A model generated the notes under the pieces. The model saw nothing but the letters and a program-made list of their open reading frames with translations. It did no database searches and had not been told where the DNA came from. Of a stretch of DNA of 62,513 nucleotides, positions 1-12,200 are shown one piece after another. Where the stretch lies: assembly GCA_964428315.1 (NCBI GenBank), contig CAYRXT010000013.1, forward strand, positions 1 through 62,513, given 5' to 3'. How positions within the stretch are numbered: position 1 is the stretch's first letter; each line of letters begins with the position of its first letter. The stretch comes from an uncultured Planctomycetales bacterium (GTDB taxonomy: Bacteria > Omnitrophota > Gorgyraeia > Zapsychrales > CAYRXT01). The translations under genes and the position numbers were made by a program.

Positions 1-220
1 CCGAATTCCGAATTTCAGACGGATCAGAAAAGTTTTTGTCATTGCGAGCGACCAAAGGGAGCGAAGCAATCTCATAAAGATTATTCTGACAAAGATTGCT
101 TCGGCGCTCCTTGCCGTCGCTTCTCGCAAAGACGGAGAGGGTGTACGGTCTAAGGATTCGATATTCAGGATTGGGAATTTATTCGGGATTTGGGATTTGG
201 CATTGGGAATTTTGAAATCC
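1..220 (+). repeat. Palindromic interspersed repeat (PR element), copy 1, truncated by window edge
   Basis: Matches 1681-1900 almost base for base. It contains the hairpin GTCATTGCGAGCGACCAAAGGGAGCGAAGCAATC...GATTGCTTCGGCGCTCCTTGCCGTCGCTTCTCGC. The ends are inverted: CCGAATTCCGAAT vs ATTCGGGATTTGGGATTCGG. Confidence 0.9.
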
Positions 221-3200
221 AAAGGAGGTGAAAAATGGTTACCAAAGCGGATTATTTCGACCTGGCGTTCGATCATGTCATCGAGATCGCCCGACTCGAC
301 TGCGTCTTCGCGGCAACGCGCGAGCGCCGGACGGGCAAGACCCGGCTCTTCCTTATTTACAACCATACCGGCAAGGTTTATTTTCGCGATTCTCTTCGTG
401 ACAGGTGGGTTGAGCTGGAGGAGAGGGAGTACAACATCTTCCGTTCCCTCGCCGACCACGCCCTCATGGACCGCAGGATTCCCCGCCTCAGGACCGACGA
501 TATCCCTGATCTCAACTGAGCCGACCGGATGGCAGGGGACTCTCTCGGGTTGCGCCGATCCCCTCAGGCTGGTCCCCCTGGATATGGCGGTTTTTATCAT
601 CTGCTCCTGGCTGATGCTGAAACTGGACATCTTCTTCCTTGAGCGCGCCGCACGCAGGCGGTCCAGGGGTTACGTCACGGGACTGGCCCTGAGTCTGCTG
701 TTGACGTCTCCGTTAGTCGTGAAGTCAGCGCGGTGGATCAAAGGCGGCGGTTCGCCGGTTATACTGCCGGAAGGAACCTGCGCGGCCGTCGCGGGGGCCA
801 TTGGCCTTTCGGTATCGGGTCTGGAGCGGCTGATTACCGCCGTGACCCTCGTGGCGGCCGTCCTGATGTTCGACCACCTGTTTTTCAGAAAGATCTGGAA
901 AAGGTTTAAAGAGAGCAACCCCACCGCGGCGACCATAAACACGTTCCGTTCCCTGGCGAGGTTTGGGTTTATCATGTCGTCCCTCGCGGTTTGTGTCGCC
1001 ATAACGGTCATGGGGCCGGCGGCGCGGGATTCATCCGATCGGGAAAAGGCCGCATTGTCACAGGACAGCCGTCCCGCGGCGTTTTGCTCAGCGGAGCAGC
1101 TTGAGGCCGCGCTTGTGCGTATCAGCCGCACGTGGCGGGAGGAAGGCCGGTACCTTTTTATCAGCTTCCCGGACGGGCTTAACCTTTTTATTCCGCTGGA
1201 CGAGGCGGTACGGGCCATGGGGCCGAGGCCGTCGGACTCCGATGACAACGTGAGCGGCGTGACGTTGTTCACGACCTCGGGCGAAGATATCAGCACCAGG
1301 GCTGTCCTTACCCACGTTACTGCGGTCGTCCGCGATGGGCGCGTTTGCGAAGTCCTGCTTCCGGCCGGTGACAGGCGTTCCCGCCGGACGATACTGGACA
1401 TGGTGGAGAAACATGAGACCGGCTACAGCCTGGAAGGCAGACTGGTTCTGCCCCAAAATGACGATGACGATCAGATTAAAACCGTCGTGGAAGAACACAT
1501 CAAACAAAACCTGGTCAACGAGCGAATGAAGGTGAAAAAGGTTGTCATCGCCGGAGGAAGTTCCGCCCTTCACGCCGGCTTCGGGTTTGGGTGGATCAAG
1601 AAACTGTGGGCGGGGATTGTGAGGCTGGTCGGGAAGGAATCAGGAATGACAACTGACAGATGCCGAATAAATGTCGAATCCCGAATTCCGAATTTCAGAC
1701 GGATCAGAAAAGTTTTTGTCATTGCGAGCGACCAAAGGGAGCGAAGCAATCTCATAAAGATTATTCTGACAAAGATTGCTTCGGCGCTCCTTGCCGTCGC
1801 TTCTCGCAAAGACGGAGAGGGTGTACGGTCTAAGGATTTGATATTCAGGATTGGGAATTTATTCGGGATTTGGGATTCGGTATTGGGGATTTTGCAGTCC
1901 GCCTTGAGGATCCTGAGGCGGATGGTCCCGGCTTTGAGCTCCCGCGCCGCGGCGGTGTCGGCGTTCCTGACGGTCTTTTTCTTCAGCAGTGACCTGCTGG
2001 CGGCCGGAAACCAGGCCGCGAGGTCTTCCGGCCTGGAAGGCCTGGTGATCCTGCTGGCGCTGGTATGTGCAATGATAGAAAAAGCTGACCCTAATGGACC
2101 GGAAATCCGCGAATTGACGAAAGACGAATTGATAGAAAAAGCCATAAGTATTATCAGAAAGCATAATGAAAATAAAGGGGTTATGCCAAGTTTTGCAAAA
2201 ATCACGGTCCAGCCGGGTATGGACTACAGAAGGTTAGAAAAATGTCTATGGGACGTCTATCAGGGCTTGAAGTTGGAGGACATTTCATACGAGACATTTT
2301 TGTTGAAGATCCAATATGACCAATTCATAGGCGAAGAGAGGTGGTCATCTCTGCGGGATTTGGTGAATAATGTTTCAGAAGAAGTTTTGTCGTATTATGA
2401 AAAGCACGGAAAACTAATGAGGCTTCGCGCTATTAAGGATATTTCACGTGGCCAATACAATTTTATATATCCCCTTTTGGCAGAACGATTAATAAAACTT
2501 TTTGCAGAAGAAAAGAAAATCAGCGGCCAGAATCAGGAAGACATTGTTGTTATGATTCACAAAAAATTTAAAACGACAACAACCCGGCCTAATGCCGAAG
2601 AAAACCGGATGACGCTTTCCGGAGAGGGGTGGAAAAAACTGTTTTATGAGGCTGGGGCTGGAGCCGGATTTGATGATAAGAAGTATTGGGATACCCTGGC
2701 AGGGGGGATTGACAATTTGCACGTGGCCGAGACCCAAAGAAAGGTCATTTTTGCCGCGGCGAAAATCTTGAAAAAAGACGTTGATCCCGATGGACTTATC
2801 CGCGATTTTATTTGCTCGAAGGCATTTGTTTTCGGCTTGATCGAGGAATTCGCCGGATGGTTTTGGAATAAGAAGGTTGCTGGTTCGGCGGAGTCTCCCG
2901 GGAAAGGAGATTCAGGGACGGGCGGTATAGATCGCCGTATTATTTATTGGTCGACATTGGTAAGCAATACTCCTATTAACATGGAAAAAGCGTGCTTAGA
3001 GGCGACTGTGGAGTCTCTTTTAAGGGTTAAGGAAAGGCCCGTTGTTATTCGTATCGACTGGCAGAAAGCCCTCCAGTTCGTTGAATCATCCAGTATTAGT
3101 CTTTTCCGGGTTGTTTCTACCATCGGGACGCTTTTAGGAGGATTCGAGGGGCCGGAGCGCAAGTTTTTTGATGAAGCGGATATTGTTCTCAAGAACAAGG

Positions 3201-6200
3201 TTATTTCTCAATTGAATCCACGGTTGTGTCAATCCTTGGCCGAAGAGTTTATTAGTATGCTGGGCTGTCGCGGGGAGGACCGGTCAGTGGACTTATTTAA
3301 AAATTTAATGGACGATGATTCACGCCTGCATGTCCTACAGGAAATTTTTAAAGATTTCGTGGCGTCCCCAAGTACCCCTTCGAGATCGGGATCTAGCCGG
3401 GAAGAGATTGAGAAGGAAGACAAACGGAAAGACATTTTGAGATATTTCCTGCAGAGATGGTCTGGGGTATCCGTATTCGTAAAGGAAAACGCGGGGCATT
3501 TCACATTGTCCTCGATCCTGGCCGAGTACTTTTTAACCCTGTTAGAGGAAGAAAACCTTGATATGACTGATGAGAGCTTTTTTCCTGCGCAAAGGATTGG
3601 GAAGTTAGGGGAATACTTGGGAGAATACGAAGAAATCATTGAGAACCAGGGGGAACGCGTCCGGAGGATCGGTGAAGAACAGCAGAAGGTTTTACGCGAC
3701 GGCTGGAAAAAGCTTGAGCTGGATGGTGTCATAGAGGACTCTCTTAATCAAATTTTGAACAATGAGACGGAACTGGGATTTGACCTTGTGTTTGCGCGGG
3801 AGGTCTACCGGCGTCTGTTCAACAAAGAACTCGTTATCAAGCATGTGAGTGAATTCTTGACGATCCTTCAGCCCTTTTTGGATGAAAGCCCCCAGAAAAG
3901 TTCTCTGGAAGATGCGGTGTATATCGCAGAAAGACATTGTACGAGTAGGGAGCATGCGTTTATTTTGGTGATTGTGCCTATGGTTTGGGCGGTCATTCGC
4001 TTGAAAATTTTAAAAAAGTTTAAAGAATTGGGATTCAGGATTTGGAATGTGTCCGGGGTTCGGGATTTGTTATTTGGGATTATAAGCGGGGCCTTCGGCA
4101 CGACGAAAAACTTCGGAGTCCTGATGCGGGACTTCGCGGCATTCTTCCGGCGGCTGAAGACCTCGCCGCCTGCGCAGCCGCTTCAGGCCTTCTTCAAGCG
4201 TGACAGGAATTCCCGGGGCGTGAGGACGGGGATATGGCGGAACTTTTTTAAAGCCAGAAGATGGCTGTCGCCGGAGATGAACACGTTTGTGTCAATGACG
4301 GCTTTAAGCATGGTTCTCGCGGCAGGCCTTTATTTCTTCGGCAATGTCCTCGCTGGAGACGGGGAAGCGTTTCAGCCTCCGGTCGATCATCTTTTCGCTC
4401 TGCTGTATTTTAAGGTCAAGGCTTATTTTGATCATGTCGGGGGCCTTCGTATGTTTGTTAACCAATATAGCATGCGCCCCGGGAATAGGCAAGACAAGCC
4501 CGCGGATGCTGGTTTTGAAAAAGGAAGAGCCGTCGCCCTTCGCGCCGGCTTCGGGTTTGGGTGGATCAAGAAACTGCGGGCGGGGGTGGCGATAGCGGCG
4601 TTCATGTTTACGGCCTCGCCGTGTCTGGCCGGCGTTATCATGCCGCAGAAACAGCAGGGGGTGTGGGAAGGCCGGGTGCAGGGGATGATTATGATAATCC
4701 TGGGATTGTTATGGATTTATAATATTTGGAAAAAGTGGATAAGAGAACGCAAGATTTTGGAGAAGATGCAAGAAGCGGACGATGATTCGGATTTTGACGT
4801 GATGTCCGCCTTCTCCGGCGCCGAGGCGCTCCTCGCCCTCCTCGCGGCGGTGAAGAGGCTGTGGACGGCGGGCCTGAAGCTGGTCGGAAAGAAATCAGGA
4901 ATGACAACTGACAGATGCCGAATAAATGTCGAATCCCGAATTCCGAATTTCAGACGGATCAGAAAAGTTTTTGTCATTGCGAGCGACCAAAGGGAGCGAA
5001 GCAATCTCATAAAGATTATTCTGACAAAGATTGCTTCGGCGCTCCTTGCCGTCGCTTCTCGCAAAGACGGAGAGGGTGTACGGTCTAAGGATTTGATATT
5101 CAGGATTGGGAATTTATTCGGGATTTGGGATTCGGTATTGGGGATTTTGCAGTCCGCCTTGAGGATCCTGAGGCGGATGGTCCCGGCGAGCGCCGTTCTT
5201 TTTGCCATGGTTTGGGCCGTGGTTCACTGTGCAATGAGGCTGTTTGATGCTGACATCCCATGGGCCGACGAGGCCGCGGCCATGGGGATGGCGGTTCTTC
5301 CGAACGCGATCCTGAAAGATCAAAATCTTAAAAATCGCGCCGCGCAGGTCGTCCGCAGGTTCACGAGCCTCTTCCAGGATAATTCTGATTCGGTGCGTGG
5401 GAAAATCTTCGGCGGGGATTTTGTCCCGAGGCGTTATTCTGTTTATCTGAAACAGCTTGAGAGCGAAAGCGCTTGGGTGGAAGGCGATAGGGTCCTTGTG
5501 GACACGTACTTGGCCGCATGGTCGTCCGGACAAAGTTCTGAGGTGCTGTCATGTATGTGCCGCCGGGCCTCCATAAGGTATCACCTTGATCCAATAGAGG
5601 ATACGCATCCGTCGCCCGGACAGGTGCGGCTTCTTATTTTCACTTTGAAAATCACGAAAGCAAAGTTTCGGGGAAAGACAGCGGCTGATATGCACCGTCT
5701 TTTTTCCAGAAAGGACAACGCGGCTTCCTACGCCCTGTTTGAGAACCGCGTCTCTATGGACGGATTCTCCTGGTTGATGAATGACGAACCCGTCCGCGGG
5801 CGGGTGCTGAAGGCCGTTTGTGCCGCGGGGAACAGGACAGGTAATTTCTCGCTTTTCCTTGAGATCACCGCTCTCGGCCGGGAGGCCGAACCGGACATCC
5901 GGGTTCTGCACAGATTCATGGATAACTGTGACGGTTCGGACGAAAACATCGCGGCCCCATTCTTGAGTCTGCACGGGGACGATTTCCGGTTATACCGTTA
6001 TGTCATGGATACATTGAAGGTGAAGGAGGAGCGGGACCGTGGATCCCGAATATGGTCGGCCGGGCCCTCGCAGATAATCCCTCTTGTGACGAGCGGCTGT
6101 GATTCGCGAGAGGTCCAGGACCGCGCCGAAGATGTCCGGCCGTTTCTGCGTGTCCTGGAGGACTACGCGTCGCAGGCCGGGAGGCATTACAAAAACGGCA

Positions 6201-9200
6201 GATTACTAAAGGCCGTTATGTTTTACCGCATGGCATGGGACATTGTAAGATATCTGGACGGTCCCGGAGAACGCGTCAGCCCCCGCGGGCTGTCGCCGGA
6301 CCGGGACACGGGGAAGGCCGTCGCAAAGGCGAAGGCCTTAACGGCGTTCGGCTATCTGCATTCACTCGATCGCGCGGCGCTTCATCAGGAGGCCTCCGTC
6401 CGTATTACCGGTATCCCCCGACAGAACCGCGGCGTTATCCAGATGGAACATGCGGTCGTACACCTGGCTGGTGTCCTGAGAAATCTGGGAGAATATGAAG
6501 AGGCCTTGAAGCTGATGACCGCCTCCCCGGACGGCACAGAACTCCGGAAAGATATTGTTTGGATTCAGGCCCGGGACAAGGCTTTCACGCTTCTCATCCG
6601 CGTCTGGACGGAAATGGCCGAACGCGAGACGCAAGACTGGGAGGGTTTTATGCGGCGTTTTAAGGCTTTGATGACAGAAAGGAGAATCAGCAGGACAAGT
6701 TATGAAAAGAGACATGAAGAGCCCTTTGCATTTTCCGGCCGGGAAAGCAGGGCGGCGTCTCCTGTATTTCGCGGCAAGATGGATATAGAGACATTCGAAG
6801 GTGACCGGCGGGAGGTCCAGATTCCTTTTCCGTTTTCCGATCCGCTGGAGGCGGAGAAAACAATTTACCTGTTTGTCTTTCGTCTTATGCAGGCGGAGGA
6901 CTTCAAGAAAAGGTTAATCGGCAGTATTGACTATGGGACGCTTGCCGCAGAAGAGATGGCCAGGATCCTCGGGCTGAAGCCGAAAGAGGTTGATATGGAG
7001 TTTAATGCGGTGACTTGTGAGCATCAGTTTTTAACAAATAGCCTTTTGGTAAAGGAATTTCTTAGGACTGTCTGGTGCAAGCCGGTTGTTCTCGTCCGGT
7101 CCGGCGGTAAAACCTATTTGATAAGCGGCCGGATCATACAGACAGACAAAGAAAGCGCCCGACAACTTTTCGCCAGGACGCTTTACGATCACCTTCGTCT
7201 TGTCCCGTCCTCTTGTCTGCCGGACATGACAGAAGATTTCGAGGTTACCCTGTTGCCGAAGGATTTTGAGCGTCAGATTGTTCCTCTTGGATTAAACGGA
7301 CAGGGCGGGCGGGCGTGTACCGTCATGAAGGCCGGACCGGAACATGTCCTGGCAGGATTGGGCAGGGGACCTGTCGGTGACATAGCCCCGGACTTCCTGG
7401 ATTACGTGACGGTCTCGCGTTTGAACACGCTCATTTTTACGGAAGCGCTTCCTGATCAGGTCAAAGAGTTGTATCGGCTTCTTGTTGCTTCCGACGTGAA
7501 GGTGTTATGGATGACGGAACCGGCTTTCGTTTTGACTAAAGACTTATGGGAGCATGATGTAGTAGGGTCCAAAAAGGAATATTTGGGGGTTTCGCGCATT
7601 ATTAAAGACTTGTTGGAGACAATCGCGCATGTTCATTTTTCCCGGTGGTATAAGCTGGGTGATGAGCTGACACTGTTAGTTTCCCGGGCCGGAGGTTTGC
7701 CCGGCAACGGCATTCTGTTATTCGGCACGCCCGGGGGATTTATCATGGAGGCGGGTCCGCGTTCACTGAAAGGCTCGGTATTAACGGAGGACGCGCAGGT
7801 GCCTGGTTATCCGGTGGACTGCCTTGTGAAACGGGTCGCTCCTTTATCCGTTACGGGCGGTGAGACCAAAAACCGGAAAGAGGACCTGGCCGGTCATGTG
7901 GCGCGGGTCATCCGCCGGGGAGGACATGTCTTCATCAGCGCTTGCGCGGTCGGAGCAGCCCAGGAATTTCTGTCACTCCTGATCCAAAAGCAAAAGCAGT
8001 CCGGTTATCCGGAGTTTTCCGTCTATGTCGCGGGATCGGTCTCAAGCATCACGGATTTAATAGACCGATATCCGAGGGTTTTCCCTGTCCGTCCCGGGGA
8101 GAGGCAGCGGCAGGATCCGGGACATGTCTTCATTCATGGCCGCGGCCCGGTGCGGAAACTGGAGGCCTTGCCAGATATGAATAATGTATTGGGTGTGCCG
8201 GGGGTTTTTGTGGTTCCCGAGGACTGGCAGAAAAATCCGAAGTGCCGTTGGATTTTCCGTCGGGTGGCGGCCGGAGCGAAGAACATGGTTATTGATGACG
8301 GCCCACCGGGGCGGGGCCTTCCGTCCTGGACCGGCGGGCCCGGGATGCCCGCTGCTGTCACCGCCGAGACTCTGAAGACCGACATTCTGCCTCCCGACAA
8401 CCCGCAGGATACCGCCGCATTTATCCGAAACGTTGACCCGGCCAGGGTCATCATTACCGGGGTGACACCGCGAGGGGCCGGGCTGTGGAAGAGGGTTCTG
8501 GAGGACGGGCTGAATGGCAGCTATCGCATTGAGACGGCCCGGCCTATGGTCCCGATGCATTTACCATTATCCGCTGACAGAAAGACGCTATTCGATTCTA
8601 TACTAATGACAAAGGAAAGGGGCAGTTTTTACGGTTTATTCATGGCCGCCGAAGCCGCGCTGGCGTTTTGGGTTGCCGGGGTCCTGCGCGCGGCGGCGCG
8701 GCTTCTGTCCCTGCCCGGTTTCGCCGCCTGGTTCGCGCGGACACACACGCGGTTTAAATCACGAATGACAAATAACAAATACCGAATTCCGAATTTCAGA
8801 CGGATCAGAAAAGTTTTTGTCATTGCGAGCGACCAAAGGGAGCGAAGCAATCTCATAAAGATTATTCTGACAAAGATTGCTTCGGCGCTCCTTGCCGTCG
8901 CTTCTCGCAAAGACGGAGAGGGTGTACGGTCTAAGGATTTGATATTCAGGATTGGGAATTTATTCGGGATTTGGGATTCGGTATTGGGGATTTTGAAATC
9001 CGCCGCCGGAGTGGCGAAAAACTTCGGCGTCCTCGCGCGGGACTTCCTGACATTCTTCCGCCGGCTGAAGACCTCGCCGCCTGCGCAGCCGCTTCAGGCC
9101 TTCTTCAAGCGTGACAGGAATTCCCGGGGAGTGAGGATAGGGATATGGCGGAACTTTTTTAAAGCCAGAAGATGGCTGTCACCGGATACGATGAGATCGG

Positions 9201-12200
9201 CGCCTTCCATGGCCGCTTCCAGGAAACGGTTATCCTGGGGATCTTCTTTGATGACGGTTAATGTCCTGCGCGGTCTGACCGCCACGGCCTGGATATGGAT
9301 TGTTTCGATGAGTCTGGCGGCGATGTCGCGGGTGATGACGGGATGGAACTTCGGTCTTGACAGGACGTCGATGAGTTCTTTGAGCGTGGCCGGCGATATG
9401 ATGAGCTTGAACCTGTTGTTTTTTAACGCTGAGATGATCTTTCGGTTTGTGGAATCTTTGAGCAGGCCGGAGATGAACACGTTTGTGTCAATGACGGCTT
9501 TAAGCATGGTTCTCGCGGCAGGCCTTTATTTCTTCGGCAATGTCCTCGCTGGAGACGGGGAAGCGTTTCAGCCTCCGGTCGATGTCACTCAAAATGCCGC
9601 TCCAGCGCCGGCGGAGGGTCTTCCGTTCAAGGTTGCGGAGAAGTCTGAGTTTCTGCGTAACCGGAAGGCGGTCAATCATCTTTTCGATCTGCTGTATTTT
9701 AAGGTCAAGGCTTATTTTGATCATTTCGGGTGCCTCCGTGTGTTTATTAAGCAATATAGCATACAGCCCGGGAATAGGCAAGACAAGGGACGCCGTCGCG
9801 TCTTCTGGGCGGCGAGGAAGCTGTGGGCGGCGGTGGCGATAGCGGCGTTCATGTTTACGGCCTCGCCGTGTCTGGCCGGCGTTATCATGCCGCAGAAACA
9901 GCAGGGGGTGTGGGAAGGCCGGGTGCAGGGGATGATTATGATAATCCTGGGATTGTTATGGATTTATAATATTTGGAAAAAGTGGATAAGAGAACGCAAG
10001 ATTTTGGAGAAGATGCAAGAAGCGGACGATGATTCGGATTTTGACGTGATGTCCGCCTTCTCCGGCGCCGAGGCGCTCCTCGCCCTCCTCGCGGCGGCGA
10101 GGAGGCTGTGGGCGGCGGGCCTGAAGCTGGTCGGGAAGAAATCACAAATGACAAATGCCAAATGCCGAATAAATGTCAAATTCCGAATTCCGAATTTTGA
10201 ACGGGATCGCAAAGACGGAGAGGGTGTACGGTCTAAGGATTTGATATTCAGGATTGGGAATTTATTCGGGATTTGGGATTCGGTATTGGGGATTTTGAAA
10301 TCCGCCGCCGGAGTGGCGAAAAACTTCGGCGTCCTCGCGCGGGACTTCCTGACATTCTTCCGCCGGCTGAAGACCTCGCCGCCTGAGTGGACCGGACAAT
10401 TCCCCATCCCTCCGCTGGGTTGCCTTGCCGTCGCCTGTCCTTCCGCGGCCGGACTCAACTCTATCACAGGCTATTGGCCCTGGGCGGCCGGCATCCTGCT
10501 GTGGCTGGCCATCCGCCGGGCTGTTTTGCGTAACCGCATTCCCTCCTTCCTTGTCACCAACCGTACCGAGAGGCTAGAGGCCGTGGCGGCTGTTCGGTCA
10601 GCCATCAGAGAAGAGATCCCCGTTGGCGGATGGCAGACGGCTCCCCTCAGCTATCTGCAGTATATCGAGTGGCTTTTGTCGAGGCTTCCCGAAGAGCGGA
10701 AAAATATTGAAGGCATCCGGATTATCCCATGGTATCTGAGCTTTGGGTTTCTTACCGGCCGTTTGGGAGGATTTTCGAAGAAGTCAAACGTGTTGACGGT
10801 CGTGTATCTTCCTTTCGGGAAAGTGTTCAAGAGGATTTGGGACCACGAGACAATCCATGTCCTGCTGGAGCATAATACGGAAGGCCGCGAGGAATTTACG
10901 GAGCACTGCTGGCATAATGTGGACCGCAGTAACCTGCGGACAGTTTTGAAGCTCGGCCTTGAGGCCTTAGCCTCATTTATTATTAACGTGGCAGCCCAAA
11001 CCTTATTGCTTTCAGCCGTTTTGGCGCTCGAAGCGACAAAGGCGCTGAGTCTTGCCTTTTTGGGGTATGCTGTCGTGTTCCTGTTCACGGATACATTATT
11101 GTTCCGTTTTCTGCTCCTGCTGTTCAATCAAAAAATCGAGGAGGTGAAGATGGGAGAGTCAGCGCATATGGTGAGCCTTTACGCGTTGACAAACCCCGAC
11201 GAGGATGGAGCGGAAACCGGAGCCAGTATCCTGGCTGGAGAGACAGGCGTGTTGACGGAGGGGCCTCTTTTCGATAAAGCGGAAACACTCAAACAAAAAG
11301 TCATTAAGGACGAAGATTTGTGCGCCCTGATGGAAGGGGCGAGACGTTTTGCGCATTCGGCCGTTTCCTATACCCTGACGGTCCGCTCCGCGCTCGTTGC
11401 CAGCTTTCTGGGCCATGCGTGGGTCATTACTTTCCTGGCGGCGGGGATGGATTCGGATTTTCACTGGATCACGCTGAAAGCGGCGCTGTACGCCGCGTTG
11501 GTCATGGGCTTTGCGATACATGCTTCCCGGTTCCGATCCCGTTTTGGGATCAACAGCCGCCTGGCGGGCGTAGTGAGGATTTGGCATGACGCCATGCGGC
11601 CGGTTGCTTTCATCGCGGTTTTACTTAATCTGTTTATTTCCAGCCCTGTGGAAATGAAGATCAGGGAATATCTTTCAGAAAAGTTGAGCAGTGATCCGAA
11701 TTATTATATCAATTTGAGGATCCCGGGGCACGAGACGGAAAGGCCGGCTCGATTGATCCTGACGGACTGGCGGATGACTCCCGAAGACGCGTCAAGGGTT
11801 GAGATTGAACCGGAAGAATTCCGTGAGGAGGCCTCAGAGAAGCCGGCGCGTCAGGCCGCGCCGCAGCGCGCGGGCTGTTACAGGTTTGAGTGGCCGCGCA
11901 GTTATAATGTTGGCGGCAGATATATTCCGGATCCTTTTGCCAAGGACAGTTCGGATTTTGCGGAAGCGGGCTTTGCCGTGACCCTCATGGAATTCGGACC
12001 GGAGGACGACAACCTATGGCCTCCTCCTTACGGGAAGGCGGTCCTGCTGGACGATTTGTCTGAGTTCGAGGGAATACGGATCTCAGTCGAGAAAGCGGAT
12101 CCCGGTACAATAGAGTTGATTTTTACTCTTGTGGTGTATTGTAACGAAAGGGGCACCAGATATAGGTTTGCTGAAATTGTGCTGCCCTTAACATTGTCCG

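Noticed and set aside
197-199. TTG197 as the true start of the giant ORF.
   Set aside because: There is no SD upstream and the frame is open back to nt 2, inside a repeat at the window edge. The local translation looks off-frame relative to the SD-led frame-1 gene at 235.
7000-8560. Metallo-beta-lactamase/beta-CASP-like nuclease (GNGILLFGTPGGFIMEAG, HVFISACAVGAAQEFLSLL).
   Set aside because: No HxHxDH or other metal-binding motifs could be found by eye. The similarity is impressionistic only, so the segment is left unannotated.
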